Origin: Kiloniellales bacterium
GTDB lineage: Bacteria > Pseudomonadota > Alphaproteobacteria > Kiloniellales > JAKSDN01
Assembly: GCA_050330055.1 (NCBI GenBank)
Contig: JBHJOF010000004.1
Coordinates: 1-53,003 of the forward strand
DNA length: 53,003 bases
Direction: 5' to 3'
In this document: positions 10,452 through 20,820 of the stretch, in pieces
Layout: each line of letters opens with the position of its first letter
Numbering within the stretch: position 1 is the stretch's first letter
Position numbers and translations under genes: made by a program
Notes under the pieces: model-generated
The model's database searches: none
Seen by the model: only the letters and a program-made list of their open reading frames with translations
Told to the model about the DNA's origin: nothing

Positions 10452-10530
10452 GTCATGCCCCGGCTTGACCCGAGCATCCAGGGTTGGTTGAGGCAATACC
10501 CTGGATTGCCGGGTCAAGCTCGGCAATGAC
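10452..10530. repeat. palindromic MITE/REP-like element (family C, gtcat..ccgg..atccaggg)
   Basis: gtcatgccccggcttgacccgagcatccaggg ... ccctggattgccgggtcaagctcggcaatgac forms an imperfect hairpin. The architecture is shared with 24364-24476. Confidence 0.6.
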
Positions 10531-10550
10531 AAAGGAGCAGTTCTCTTACA

Positions 10551-11840
10551 TCACGCGTAAATCGCGTCTTCCAGGGTGCGCAGGCCGGGGCGCTTGGACT
10601 GCACCAGGACGGCCATGTTGCCGGGCTTGTGCTGGTTCTTCCACATCTTCATGTGGGCGCGCGGGATGTCGTGCCAGGCGAAGACCTCGCTCATGCAGGG
10701 ATCGATGCGGCGCTCGACCACCAGGCGGTTGGCCTGCGCCGCCTGCATCAGGTTGGCGAAGTGGCTGCCCTGGATGCGCTTCTGCCGCATCCACACGAAG
10801 CGCGCGTCGAAGGTGATGTTGTAGCCGGTGGTGCCGGCGCAGAAGACGACCATGCCGCCGCGCTTGACCACGAAGCAGGAGACCGGGAAGGTCTGCTCGC
10901 CCGGATGCTCGAACACGAAGTCGACGTCGTTGCCCTTGCCGGTGACGCCCCAGATCGCCTTGCCGAACTCGCGGCACTTCTTCATGTAGGCGCCGTAGGC
11001 CTCCTGGTCGCTCACGTCGGGCAGGCGGCCCCAGCAGTCGAAGTTCTTGCGGTTGATCACGCCCTTGGCGCCGAGCGACAGCACGAAATCGCGCTTGTCG
11101 TCGTCGGAGATCACGCCGATCGCGTTGGCGCCGGCCGTGGCGATGAGCTGGATCGCCATCGAGCCGAGGCCGCCCGAGGCGCCCCAGACCAGCACGTTGT
11201 GGCCCGGCCTCAGGATGTGCGGGCGGTGGCCGAACAGCATGCGATAGGCCGTGGCCAGCGTCAGCACGTAGCAGCCGCTCTCCTCCCAGGTCAGGTGGCG
11301 CGGCCGCTCCATGAGCTGGCGGTCCTGCACGCGGCAGAACTGGGCGAAGGAGCCATCCGGCGTCTCGTAGCCCCAGATGCGCTGCGACGGCGAGAACATG
11401 GGATCGCCGCCGTTGCATTCCTCGTCGTCGCCGTCGTCCTGGTTACAGTGCACCACGACCTCGTCGCCGACCTTCCAGCGCGTCACCTTGGAGCCGACGG
11501 CGTAGACGATGCCGGCGGCATCCGACCCGGCGACGTGATACTCGGCTTTGTGCACGTCGAAGGGCGAGATCGGCTTTCCGAGCGCGGCCCAGACGCCGTT
11601 GTAGTTGACGCCCGCGGCCATCACCATGACCAGGACGTCGTGGCTGTCGAGCACCGGAACGTCGACCACCTCGACCTGCATCGACTTGTCCGGATCGCCG
11701 TGGCGCTCGCGGCGGATCGCCCAGGCATACATCTGCTTCGGCACATGCCCGACCGGCGGGATCTCGCCGACCTCGTAGAGGTCCTTGACCTCCTGTCCCG
11801 GATGCAGTTCCGGCGTGGTGGCTTCGACCGTCTCAACCAT
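10551..11840 (-). CDS. ccr: crotonyl-CoA carboxylase/reductase
   Basis: MDR-family enzyme with the Ccr-specific blocks IWGYETPDGSFAQF, LVWGASGGLGS, VFEHPGEQTF and KRIQGSHFAN. The ATG at 11840 (MVETVEATTPE) follows GGCAGGAACG. Confidence 0.9.
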   Translation of the reverse strand: MVETVEATTPELHPGQEVKDLYEVGEIPPVGHVPKQMYAWAIRRERHGDPDKSMQVEVVDVPVLDSHDVLVMVMAAGVNYNGVWAALGKPISPFDVHKAEYHVAGSDAAGIVYAVGSKVTRWKVGDEVVVHCNQDDGDDEECNGGDPMFSPSQRIWGYETPDGSFAQFCRVQDRQLMERPRHLTWEESGCYVLTLATAYRMLFGHRPHILRPGHNVLVWGASGGLGSMAIQLIATAGANAIGVISDDDKRDFVLSLGAKGVINRKNFDCWGRLPDVSDQEAYGAYMKKCREFGKAIWGVTGKGNDVDFVFEHPGEQTFPVSCFVVKRGGMVVFCAGTTGYNITFDARFVWMRQKRIQGSHFANLMQAAQANRLVVERRIDPCMSEVFAWHDIPRAHMKMWKNQHKPGNMAVLVQSKRPGLRTLEDAIYA

Positions 11841-12110
11841 CGTTCCTGCCTCTCGCACAAGGCCCTGCACCATAACGCGCGACTGGGCCATTTGTTGCGG
11901 CGCCGCTCCGTCCCGGCCTCACTTGGCGGCCCGCTCAGCCATGGCGATCGGCCATTGGCAGGCGACGGCGCTTCTGCTTGACTCATACCGAGGCATGCTG
12001 TTTTTTGCAATGCACAAATGGTTTTGTTTCGTTAACCATTGCGCGATTATAATATTGTTTTGAATACACGGCATGAGTTGTAATGAAACGTCGCTTTCGA
12101 GGACTCGGGT
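11841..12110. promoter_or_regulatory. divergent ccr/ecm control region
   Basis: A 270-bp gap with a markedly AT-rich core (about 11995-12075). Candidate + strand promoter: ttgttt (12024-12029) N18 tataat (12048-12053), 58 nt upstream of ecm. Short inverted repeat aatggtt (12017-12023) N10 aaccatt (12034-12040). Confidence 0.35.
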
Positions 12111-14171
12111 ATGAGCGAGCGGTCAGGAGCGGACAAGGCGGCAGCGCCTCATGCTGCAGCGCCACAGGACGGCCAAAGCAGGTGCGACCCGGGCCAGCGT
12201 GATCGGCCCTGGCTGTTCCGCACCTATGCCGGCCATTCCACGGCCGCCGCCTCGAACGCGCTCTATCGCACCAACCTGGCGCGCGGCCAGACCGGGCTCT
12301 CGGTCGCCTTCGACCTGCCGACCCAGACCGGCTACGACTCCGACCATCCGCTGGCTGCGGGCGAGGTCGGCAAGGTCGGCGTGCCGATCACCTCGCTCGA
12401 CGACATGGAGGTCCTGTTCAAGGACATCCCGCTCGATCGCATGAACACCTCCATGACGATCAACGCGACGGCGCCCTGGCTGCTGGCGCTCTACGTCGCC
12501 GCAGCCGAGCGCCAGGGCGTGACGCGCGACCGGCTCTCGGGCACGACGCAGAACGACATCCTGAAGGAGTATCTTTCGCGCGGCACCTACATCTTCCCGC
12601 CGCAGCCTTCGATGAAGCTGACCAGCGACGTGATCGCCTTCACCTACCGCGAGATCCCCAAGTGGAACCCGGTCAACGTCTGCTCCTATCACCTGCAGGA
12701 AGCGGGCGCCACGCCGGTGCAGGAGCTGGCCTTCGCGCTGGCCAACGCGATCGCGCTCCTGGACGCGGTGCGCGCGACCGGGCAGGTGCCGGCGGAAGAC
12801 TTCCCCCAGGTGGTCGGGCGCATCTCCTTCTTCGTCAACGCCGGCGTGCGCTTCATCACCGAGCTCTGCAAGATGCGCGCCTTCACGGCGCTGTGGGACC
12901 GCATCTGCCTGGAGCGCTACAGCGTGCAGGAGGAGAAGTACCGCCGCTTCCGCTACGGCGTGCAGGTCAACTCGCTCGGCCTGACCGAGCAGCAGCCGGA
13001 GAACAACGTCTATCGCATCCTCTTGGAGATGCTGGCCGTGGTGCTGTCGAAGGACGCCCGCGCGCGGGCCGTGCAGCTGCCGGCCTGGAACGAGGCGCTC
13101 GGCCTGCCGCGGCCCTGGGACCAGCAGTGGTCGCTGCGCCTGCAGCAGATCGTCGCCTACGAGACCGATCTTCTGGAGTACGGCGACATCTTCGAAGGCT
13201 CGACCGTGATCGAGGCCAAGGTCGCGGCGCTGATCGCCGAGGCCGAGGCCGAACTGCAGCGCATAGAGCGCCTGGGCGGCGCCGTGGCCGCGGTCGAGAG
13301 CGCCTACATGAAGGAGCGCCTGGTCGAGAGCAACGCCAGGCGCCTGGGGGCCATAGAGGCCGGAACGCAGACCGTGATCGGTGTCAATGCCTATACCGAC
13401 AGCGAGGTCTCGCCGCTGACAACCGGGGCCGACGGCGGCTTCCTCGCCGTCGACCCTGCGGTCGAGCAAAAGCAGATCGAGCGCCTCGCGGCCTGGCGCG
13501 CAGACCGCGACGGCAAGGCCGCCGAGGCGGCGCTGGCCGAGCTGGCGCGCGCCGCCGCCCAGGGCCGCAACATCATGGAGCCCTCGATCGCCTGCGCCCA
13601 TGCCGGCGTCACCACCGGCGAGTGGGCCGGCGCGCTGCGCACGATCTACGGCGAGTACCGGGCGCCGACCGGCGTCGGCCGGGCCAGCGCCGCCGGCGCC
13701 GACCCCAAGGCGCTGGCCGAAGTGCGCGCCCGGGTCGAGCAGGTCTCGGCCCGGCTCGGCCGCCGGCTCAAGATGCTGGTCGGCAAGCCAGGCCTGGACG
13801 GCCACTCGAACGGCGCCGAGCAGATCGCGGTGCGCGCCCGCGACTGCGGCTTCGAGGTGGTCTACGAGGGCATCCGCCTGACCCCGGTGCAGATCGCCAA
13901 TGCCGCGCTCGAGGAGGGCGTGCACGTGGTCGGCCTGTCGGTGCTGTCCGGCTCGCACGTGCCGCTGGTGAGCGAGGTGCTGCGCCGCCTCGAGGCCGCC
14001 GGCCTGGGCGATCTGCCGGTGGTGGCCGGCGGCATCATCCCGCCCGAGGACGCCACCAGGCTGAAGGCCGCCGGAGTCGCCGCGGTCTACACCCCCAAGG
14101 ACTACGACCTGACCGCCATCATGGCCGATATCGTCGAGATCGTGGACCGGGGGACCAGGGAGGCGGCTTAG
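12111..14171 (+). CDS. ecm: ethylmalonyl-CoA mutase (MeaA-type fused B12-dependent mutase)
   Basis: 686 aa. The mutase barrel ([31 protein letters not shown]) is fused to a C-terminal B12-binding domain ([16 protein letters not shown], the DxHxxG motif). It is divergent from ccr. Confidence 0.9.
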   Translation: MSERSGADKAAAPHAAAPQDGQSRCDPGQRDRPWLFRTYAGHSTAAASNALYRTNLARGQTGLSVAFDLPTQTGYDSDHPLAAGEVGKVGVPITSLDDMEVLFKDIPLDRMNTSMTINATAPWLLALYVAAAERQGVTRDRLSGTTQNDILKEYLSRGTYIFPPQPSMKLTSDVIAFTYREIPKWNPVNVCSYHLQEAGATPVQELAFALANAIALLDAVRATGQVPAEDFPQVVGRISFFVNAGVRFITELCKMRAFTALWDRICLERYSVQEEKYRRFRYGVQVNSLGLTEQQPENNVYRILLEMLAVVLSKDARARAVQLPAWNEALGLPRPWDQQWSLRLQQIVAYETDLLEYGDIFEGSTVIEAKVAALIAEAEAELQRIERLGGAVAAVESAYMKERLVESNARRLGAIEAGTQTVIGVNAYTDSEVSPLTTGADGGFLAVDPAVEQKQIERLAAWRADRDGKAAEAALAELARAAAQGRNIMEPSIACAHAGVTTGEWAGALRTIYGEYRAPTGVGRASAAGADPKALAEVRARVEQVSARLGRRLKMLVGKPGLDGHSNGAEQIAVRARDCGFEVVYEGIRLTPVQIANAALEEGVHVVGLSVLSGSHVPLVSEVLRRLEAAGLGDLPVVAGGIIPPEDATRLKAAGVAAVYTPKDYDLTAIMADIVEIVDRGTREAA

Positions 14172-14181
14172 ACGGCGCCCC

Positions 14182-14706
14182 CTATTCCGGCACGACCACG
14201 CTGAAATAGGGCAGCGGGGCGGGCTGGCCGGGGCCGACCGGCTCGGGCACCTGGAAGCGCAGCGCCGGCAGCGACTTGAGGAAGGCGGCAAGCGCCGCCG
14301 CGTCCTCGTCGGTGAGGACGCCGTAGGAGGGCCAGGGCATGATCGGCACCAGCTGGCGCCCGTCGGGCCGCTCGCCGCTGCGCACCGCCGCGATGATCTG
14401 CTCGGCCGTCCAGTCGCCCAGGCCGGTCTCCGCATCGGAGGTCAGGTTCGGTGGGTAGAAGATGCCGAGATCGGGGATCTCGAAGCCGACGTCCGAACCG
14501 GCCAGATACCGCGCCGGGTCGGGCTGGCCGCGCAGGGCCCCGGTGGTGTGGCAGCCGGTGCAATCCATGATGCTGGCCAGATACTGGCCGCGCGCCAGCA
14601 GAGCGGCGTCGCTCGCCGCCGAAGCCGCTTGGGGCCAGGCCACCGAGCCGGCGCCCAGGCACAAAAAAACGGCCGCCAGCGCAGCCGACCGCGTCACGCT
14701 TAACAT
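14182..14706 (-). CDS. secreted c-type cytochrome
   Basis: Signal peptide [23 protein letters not shown] and the haem motif CTGCH. Confidence 0.7.
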   Translation of the reverse strand: MLSVTRSAALAAVFLCLGAGSVAWPQAASAASDAALLARGQYLASIMDCTGCHTTGALRGQPDPARYLAGSDVGFEIPDLGIFYPPNLTSDAETGLGDWTAEQIIAAVRSGERPDGRQLVPIMPWPSYGVLTDEDAAALAAFLKSLPALRFQVPEPVGPGQPAPLPYFSVVVPE

Positions 14707-14895
14707 CTGGTTCTGTCCTGACTACTTAAGCTTCACCTGCCTTGCCTCCCGCAGGCGGCGGCGACCCTAGCACCGGTCTTGGTCCGGCACCAAGGTAATT
14801 CTTTTGCCACAGGAGTTTAGCTTGCGACACAAGAAGATTGCGTGCTCAATGGCAACTGCAGGCATCGAACGGAGACAGAGAGGGAAGAGCCGCCC

Positions 14896-16020
14896 ATGAA
14901 GCTAAGGATCGCTCTAGGGCTGGCAATGGCCGCCTTGCTCGCCGTCGGCGGGCCGGCGGGCGCGGCTGAGCTGGCGCTCAATCCCTGGCCGGCGCCCGAA
15001 GTGGTCGCCAAGGTCCAGGGCCGGAGCGTGACCTTTCCCAGCACCAACCCCTTCACCATTGCCGATCTCGAGGGCGATGGACAGGTCGCTGCGCCTGGCG
15101 GTCCCGCGGCCAACGCAGGGGTCAGGTCGGCGCAGGCCGCGACCAACCACGAGGCGAAGGGCACGCTGTTCCTGCCGGACGAGGCCAGCGCCGCGATGCC
15201 CGTGCCGGCCGTGGTGCTGCTGCACGGCGCCCGCGGCCTGTCCGACGCGCGCGAGTTCACCTACGCGCGGCAGTTCACCGAAATGGGCGTGGCGGCCATG
15301 GTGGTCGACGTCTTCGGCTCGCGCCGCGAGCTGGCGACCAGCTTCAACGAGCGGCTGATCAACATCACCGAGGCCATGGTGATGGCCGATGCCTTCGCCG
15401 CGCTGCGCTACCTGCGCGACCGGCCGGAGATCGACGAGACGCGCATCGCGCTGATCGGCTTCTCCTACGGCGGCATGGCCACGCTCTATGCGGCGCACCG
15501 CCAGGTCGCCGACCTCTTTGCCAGGCACTTCGGGCTGGGTGAGCTGCGTTTCGCGGCGCACGCCGCCTACTACGCGCCCTGCATCGCCACCTTCGAGGAC
15601 GAGCGGGCGACCGGCGCGCCGGTCCTGATGCAGTGGGGCGGCCAGGACCAGCTGGTCGACGGCGAGCGCTGTCGGGCCGCCGCTGAGGAGCTGCGCGCCG
15701 GCGGCGCGACGGTCGAGACCATTGTCTACGACGAGGCCTACCACCAGTGGGACGGCAGCCTGGAGACGCCCTGGCGCGCTCCGCGCGGCCTGGCCGGCTG
15801 CGACTTCCTGGTGACCGAGCGCGGCCTGATCCGCGGCCGCATGCCGGGCACGCCATTCTATCTCTCGATGACCGACGCCCTGTCGCGCAAGATCCTGCTC
15901 GGGCTCTGCAGCGACAGCGTGGGCTATCTCATCGCCGAGAACGACAGCGTGCGCAAGCGCTCCAACGCCGCCCTCGGACACTTCCTGATGGATGCCTTCA
16001 ACGGACGCGCTACGCCTTAG
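14896..16020 (+). CDS. secreted dienelactone hydrolase-family alpha/beta hydrolase
   Basis: The ATG at 14896 (MKLRIALGLAMAALLAVGGPAGA) gives a signal peptide. It has the nucleophile elbow GFSYGG and the VVLLHGARG oxyanion region. Confidence 0.7.
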   Translation: MKLRIALGLAMAALLAVGGPAGAAELALNPWPAPEVVAKVQGRSVTFPSTNPFTIADLEGDGQVAAPGGPAANAGVRSAQAATNHEAKGTLFLPDEASAAMPVPAVVLLHGARGLSDAREFTYARQFTEMGVAAMVVDVFGSRRELATSFNERLINITEAMVMADAFAALRYLRDRPEIDETRIALIGFSYGGMATLYAAHRQVADLFARHFGLGELRFAAHAAYYAPCIATFEDERATGAPVLMQWGGQDQLVDGERCRAAAEELRAGGATVETIVYDEAYHQWDGSLETPWRAPRGLAGCDFLVTERGLIRGRMPGTPFYLSMTDALSRKILLGLCSDSVGYLIAENDSVRKRSNAALGHFLMDAFNGRATP

Positions 16021-16943
16021 GCGCCGTCCCCGTCCTGTCCGAGAATGCGCGGCAGGACCGACTGAAGCGGCGTAGGCGTGATGCCGAGTGCCGCCAGCCC
16101 CGGCAGATCGCCGGCCGCCACATTGTCCGCCTTCATGAGCTCCACCTGGGCGTCCGTTATCGGCGGGCGCGGCAGGACACTGCCTAGTCTTGCCAGCAGA
16201 TCCCACAAGACAAAGGGCAGCGGCAGCAGGGCACGGCGCCGCCCGACATGCCGCAGCGTCAGGTCCAGCAGGGCGCGGTAGCTGTAGATATCGGGTCCGC
16301 CGAGCTCGAAGACCTTGCCTCGCGCCGCCTCGTCCTGCAGCGCCCGAGCGGCGGCCTCGGCCACGTCCCCGACGTAGACCGGCTGCAGCCGCGTTTCACC
16401 GCGCCCGAAGAGCGGCATCACCGGCGCGACGCGCAGGATCGCCGCCAGGCTGGTGAAAAAGGCGTCGCCCGGGCCGAAGAGAACGCTGGGCCGCAGGATG
16501 GTCGCGTCGGGGAATGCGGCGCGAACCGCCGCCTCACCCTTGGCGCGCGCCCGCACATAACCGGAGGGTGAGTCCCGCGCAGCGCCGATGCCGGAGACAT
16601 GTACCAGCCTGGCAACGTCCTCGGCCGCGCAGCTCTGCGCCACCTGCGCGGCGCCATCGACGTGCACGGCCTCGAAGGTCGCCCCGCCCGTCTCGAGGTA
16701 GAGGCCGACGGCGTTGACAGCCGCCCTGCAGCCGGCCACGGCGCGGCGCACTGCGGCCGTATCGCGCACATCGGCCTTAATCGGTTCGATGGTTCCGGCA
16801 ACCTCCGCAGGCAGCTTGGGCGCACGCTCGGGATGGCGCACCGCGACCCGCACCCTGAAGCCGCGGGCAGCCAGGCACTCGACGATCGCGCTGCCGAGAA
16901 AGCCGGTGCCGCCGAACACCGCAACAAGTGGCTCACGATCCAT
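16017..16943 (-). CDS. NAD(P)H-binding SDR, complex I NDUFA9-like family
   Basis: VAVFGGTGFLGSAIVECL (atypical SDR Rossmann). The 308-aa length and overall pattern resemble NDUFA9-like proteins of alphaproteobacteria. Confidence 0.7.
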   Translation of the reverse strand: MDREPLVAVFGGTGFLGSAIVECLAARGFRVRVAVRHPERAPKLPAEVAGTIEPIKADVRDTAAVRRAVAGCRAAVNAVGLYLETGGATFEAVHVDGAAQVAQSCAAEDVARLVHVSGIGAARDSPSGYVRARAKGEAAVRAAFPDATILRPSVLFGPGDAFFTSLAAILRVAPVMPLFGRGETRLQPVYVGDVAEAAARALQDEAARGKVFELGGPDIYSYRALLDLTLRHVGRRRALLPLPFVLWDLLARLGSVLPRPPITDAQVELMKADNVAAGDLPGLAALGITPTPLQSVLPRILGQDGDGA

Positions 16944-17035
16944 GCTTCACGCCTCCAGGAGACCCAGCCTGCAGTACTGGAGTCGACGCAGCAGACCGGC
17001 GCAGGTTCCCGGCTGCCTGCGACCCCGACGGCCGA

Positions 17036-17674
17036 TCAGCCGCGCCGCGCCAGCGCCAGGCCGAGGCCGGCGCCGATCAGGAAGCTGCCGGTCAAGCGGC
17101 TGCGCAGACGGGCCCGGCGCGGATTGCTCAGGAGATCGCGCAGCCGGCCGCCGAGCAGCGCGTAGGACCCATCGAGCAGCGTGGCGATCGCAAGAAAGGT
17201 GACGCTGAGCAGCAGGAGCTGCGGCAGCGCCGGCCCCGCCGGGTCGATGAACTGCGGGAAAAAGGCGGCATAGAAGACCAGCGTCTTGGGATTGGTCGCG
17301 TTGACCAGGAAGCCCTGCCAGTAGAGCCGCTGCCCCGACACGCTGCACGCCGGCGCCGGCGCGGACCCGGCCGCGCCCAAGCGGGCGGCGGCACGCCAGT
17401 GCTGAATGCCGAGATAGACCAGATAGGCGACGCCGAGCCAGCGCAAGACCTCGAACCATTCGGCCAACAGCAACAGCATCGAGGTCATGCCCAGCGCCAG
17501 GATAGTCAGGTGCAGCACGATCGCCGAGCTGGTGCCGGCGACCGTGACCAGGGCGCGGCGCCCGCCATGGGCGATCGAGTTGGCGACGATCAGCGACACC
17601 GCCGGCCCCGGGATCAGGATCAGCACGGCGGTGGCCAGGCAGAAGGCCAGATAGAGCTCCAGAACCATGGTCAT
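17036..17674 (-). CDS. LysE/RhtB family amino-acid exporter
   Basis: 212 aa with about 6 TM segments. The N-terminal LILIPGPAVSLIVANS is typical of LysE-family translocators. Confidence 0.8.
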   Translation of the reverse strand: MTMVLELYLAFCLATAVLILIPGPAVSLIVANSIAHGGRRALVTVAGTSSAIVLHLTILALGMTSMLLLLAEWFEVLRWLGVAYLVYLGIQHWRAAARLGAAGSAPAPACSVSGQRLYWQGFLVNATNPKTLVFYAAFFPQFIDPAGPALPQLLLLSVTFLAIATLLDGSYALLGGRLRDLLSNPRRARLRSRLTGSFLIGAGLGLALARRG

Positions 17675-17862
17675 GCTCCCGCCTGCGCGGCCGCTGCCGC
17701 CGCTTGGTCCCCCTTGGTCCTCACTTTGGTCCTCCTGGGGGGCGCGGCGAAGGCCCAGGCGAGCTTGGCCGGCCCGGCCGGCCCGTCTCGCAGTGCGCTA
17801 GAGTCCCGCAAAGCGGGGCCCGGCGCAATGGGATGTGGCGATAGGACGAGGTGATGGGCGGG

Positions 17863-17900
17863 CAAAGCAAAACCCCGCCGGGAACGGCGGGGTTGCTTTG
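17863..17900 (-). terminator. GC-rich hairpin downstream of the mlaC-like gene
   Basis: caaagcaaaaccccgccg ggaa cggcggggttgctttg forms a stem with a 2-nt bulge and a GGAA loop. The U-rich run lies within the 3-prime side on the minus strand. Confidence 0.5.
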
Positions 17901-17923
17901 CTGCTTCGCGTTGTTCGAGGCGG

Positions 17924-18541
17924 CTAGGCCGCGTTGGCGCTGCGGACCTGCGTGCGGCTGCGCAGAGCCTGGAGCAGGCCGTCGAGCCCCTGGTTGGCGG
18001 CAACGGAGCCGAACTCGGACCGGTAGGTCGCCGCCATGCTGACGCCGTCCTGCTGCAGGTCGACGACGCGCAGTTCGCCGCCGACGTCGCGGATCCGCCA
18101 GGCCCATTCCAGGGGCTTGCCGTTGGCAATGAGCAGGCGACTCTGCACAATCACGTCACCGCCCTCAGCCCGGTTGGCGGCGATCACGGTCAGGCCCTTC
18201 ACCTCGTGCCGGTTCATCAGGCGGGTGGTGGTGCCGAGCAGATAGGCAGTGAACAATGTCTGGTACTCGTCGATCTGCTCTTCCGTCGCGTCGCTCCAGT
18301 GGCGGCCCAGAACGAAGCGCCCGATGCCGGCAAGATCCAGTCCGCGCTCGAACAGACCGCGCAGCTTGGCATCGCGCTGCTCGGCAGTCAGCTTGTCGCC
18401 CTGCACGGTCTGCAGGACCTCGCTGCTCAAGCTCTGGACGAAGGCGACTGCGCCGTCGGAGGCCTCGTCGGCGAAGCTGGTCGACGCCGTCGGGGCGGCT
18501 GCGAAGAATAGGCAGGCTAAGGCAAACAGGAAAGGTCTCAT
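17924..18541 (-). CDS. MlaC/Ttg2D-family periplasmic phospholipid-binding protein
   Basis: The ATG at 18541 (MRPFLFALACLFFAAAPTAS) gives a signal peptide. GIGRFVLGRHW and YRSEF are characteristic of the MlaC family. Confidence 0.7.
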   Translation of the reverse strand: MRPFLFALACLFFAAAPTASTSFADEASDGAVAFVQSLSSEVLQTVQGDKLTAEQRDAKLRGLFERGLDLAGIGRFVLGRHWSDATEEQIDEYQTLFTAYLLGTTTRLMNRHEVKGLTVIAANRAEGGDVIVQSRLLIANGKPLEWAWRIRDVGGELRVVDLQQDGVSMAATYRSEFGSVAANQGLDGLLQALRSRTQVRSANAA

Positions 18542-18866
18542 GAGAATGGTCCTCCGGGCGTTAATGCCTATAGCCTGCACGGACAGGCTTTACGAAGCCC
18601 TAAGAGACCTGCGCTCAGGGACGATTTTCCCGGTGAAAGGCCGTGATAAAGCTGTGGCAAGATGAGCGGCCGGCCGGCAGTCCCTTGTGGCCTAGGCCGA
18701 TAACGACCAAACTTCTTCTTGCACAGTTTTGGTCTTTATTTGTAGCAAATGGGCTTGGCGCCATTCACTAGGCCGGTTGACGGATTCTAAACTGTGGTCT
18801 AGTTAGGGTTCACTTATTGGTTCTGGTACGGTTTCTCGCCCCGCAAATTTTGAATGCGATAAAGCC

Positions 18867-19445
18867 ATGTATCGTTTGTGTACTCTTTTCATCGCTCTTC
18901 TGCTGCTCGCGGCCTGTGGCTCGCAGGGCAGCCGTGACCGCTATGCGACGAACCCGGCCGTCGGCACCGCAGGCACGCCTGCGAGCGCGTCCCAGCTTGC
19001 CCTCGGCCCGCGCATCATCCCGGTGGACGCGCCCTTGCAGTGCGTTCCTTACGCGCGCGCCGCATCGGGCATCGCCATCCGCGGCGACGCCTGGACCTGG
19101 TGGCACGAGGCCGAGGGGCGCTATCGGCGCAGCAACCAGCCGGGCGTCGGCGCGGTGCTGGTGCTGAAGCGGACCGAGCAGCTGCGCTATGGCCACCTGG
19201 CGGTGGTGACCGCCGTCCTCAGCAGCCGCGAGATCCTGGTGCGGCACGCCAACTGGCTGAACCGCGGCGAGGTGCACGAGAACACGCCGGTCGTCGACGT
19301 CTCCCGCAACAACGACTGGTCGCTGCTGCGCTTCTGGTACACACCGGGCGCGACCTTCGGCAAGCGGATCTATCCGGCCAACGGCTTCATCCATCCCAAC
19401 CGCCTGCCCGACTCCGTGCCTGACCCTATGCAGGCGGCGCTCTAG
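18867..19445 (+). CDS. CHAP-domain lipoprotein (peptidoglycan amidase/peptidase family)
   Basis: Lipobox LLLLAACGS. CHAP Cys in LQCVPYARAASG and His in YGHLAVVTAV. Confidence 0.75.
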   Translation: MYRLCTLFIALLLLAACGSQGSRDRYATNPAVGTAGTPASASQLALGPRIIPVDAPLQCVPYARAASGIAIRGDAWTWWHEAEGRYRRSNQPGVGAVLVLKRTEQLRYGHLAVVTAVLSSREILVRHANWLNRGEVHENTPVVDVSRNNDWSLLRFWYTPGATFGKRIYPANGFIHPNRLPDSVPDPMQAAL

Positions 19446-19608
19446 CGCTGTGACCGATCACGTTGCCGTTATCGGGCCGCGGCCCGGGCCGCCCGGCCTT
19501 TTGCAATTCCGTCAGCCGGCCCTATTTAGATGCGGATAGTCTGACGTGAATGGTCCGCGCGGCGCCTGCTGCGCGTTCGGGAAACCAGCAGGGGGGCGAA
19601 GCGGGTGC

Positions 19609-20160
19609 ATGCAGCTCCGCAACGATGACAGCCGCTACGGGGCCTTCGCCCAATCTCTGCACTGGCTGATCGCCGCCCTGGTCGTGGCCCTCTTCACGAT
19701 CGGCTGGTTCATGCAGGGCCTGCCGCTCGGTCCCGACAAGATCAAGGTCTTCAATCTGCACAAGTCGATCGGCGTCACGGTCCTGGCGCTGATGCTGCTG
19801 CGCCTGGCCTGGCGCCTGATCTCGCCGCCGCCGCCGCTGCCCGCCAGCATGACCGGCCTGGAGCGCCTGGCCGCCAAGCTGAACCACCTGGCGCTCTATC
19901 TGCTGCTGATCGCCCAGCCGGTCATCGGCCTGCTGCACTCCGGCGCCGCCAACTTTCCGGTCGTGGTTTTCGGCCTTGTCACGCTGCCGGCGCTGGGCAG
20001 CCCGGACGAGGCGCTGAAGCGGCAGCTCGAAGGCCTGCACGGCCTGGTCGCCTGGGCGATCCTGGCGCTGATCGCGCTGCACGTCGCCGCCGCGTTGCGC
20101 CATCACCTGTTGTTGAAGGACGGCGTGCTGCGCCGCATGCTGCCGGGGCGTGCCGCGTGA
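19609..20160 (+). CDS. cytochrome b561 family protein
   Basis: From the ATG at 19609 (MQLRNDDSRYGAFAQSLHWLIA). Four TM segments with conserved His residues (LHW, LHKS, HGL, LHVAAALRHH). Confidence 0.8.
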   Translation: MQLRNDDSRYGAFAQSLHWLIAALVVALFTIGWFMQGLPLGPDKIKVFNLHKSIGVTVLALMLLRLAWRLISPPPPLPASMTGLERLAAKLNHLALYLLLIAQPVIGLLHSGAANFPVVVFGLVTLPALGSPDEALKRQLEGLHGLVAWAILALIALHVAAALRHHLLLKDGVLRRMLPGRAA

Positions 20161-20774
20161 CCCTCGCGCCGCTCGCCCGCCTTGCACTACGGCTGTCGCC
20201 TGCCCTGCTGCTGGCGGCGCTGCTGCCGGCCGCAGTGGCAACCGCAGCCGAGGCGCCGCAATGGCGCGTCGAGGACGGCAGCCGGGTCGGCTTCGTCGCC
20301 CGGCAGGCCGGCGCCGCGATCACCGGCCGCTTCGAACGCTTCGACGCCGAGATCCGCTTCGACCCCGACAATCTGGACGGCAGCCACGTCGCCGTCGACA
20401 TCGACGTGGCCAGCGTCGACACCCAGAGCAGCGACCGCGACCAGGTGATCCGCTCGGCCGACCTCTTCAACGTGGCTCGCTGGCCGAGCGCGCGCTTCGA
20501 GGCTGCGCGCTTTGAGCCAAACGGCAACGGGCACTACAAGGCGCTCGGCCAGCTCACCCTGCGCGAGGCGACGCAGGACGTCGTGCTGCCGTTCGAGATT
20601 ACGATCAGCGAGCAACCCGACGATCCCGCCACCCTGCAGGCCAGGGCGGTCGGCGAGCTGCCGATCATGCGGCTCGATTACGGCGTCGGACAGGGCCAGT
20701 GGCGCGACACCTCGGTGGTCGCCAACGAGGTGGTGATCCAGATCGAGATCCTGGCCACGCGCCCGAAGGACTAG
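20157..20774 (+). CDS. YceI family periplasmic protein (copy 1)
   Basis: The GTG at 20157 overlaps the b561 stop. Signal peptide, then VGFVARQAGAAITGRFERF...LTLREATQDVVLPFEI, typical of YceI. Confidence 0.8.
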   Translation: MTLAPLARLALRLSPALLLAALLPAAVATAAEAPQWRVEDGSRVGFVARQAGAAITGRFERFDAEIRFDPDNLDGSHVAVDIDVASVDTQSSDRDQVIRSADLFNVARWPSARFEAARFEPNGNGHYKALGQLTLREATQDVVLPFEITISEQPDDPATLQARAVGELPIMRLDYGVGQGQWRDTSVVANEVVIQIEILATRPKD

Positions 20775-20820
20775 ATCGCAATCGACCTACAGCCATGACA
20801 AGCAAACAGGAGGTGACAGG

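Noticed and set aside
11995-12075. Possible small RNA or riboswitch, for example a cobalamin riboswitch, in the AT-rich ccr/ecm gap
   Set aside because: I could not find a B12-box-like core or a convincing conserved stem architecture by eye. The region is better explained as divergent promoters, so I record it only as a low-confidence regulatory region.
12123-14435. 770-aa ORF antisense to ecm, and similar long antisense or alternative-frame ORFs at 902..2320, 6721..8289, 38012..39610, 49556..51388, 44821..45915 and 46962..48377
   Set aside because: All are low-complexity Arg/Ala/Gly/Pro-rich translations lying opposite, or out of frame with, strongly recognisable genes. This is the expected stop-codon-poor shadow ORF pattern of high-GC genomes.
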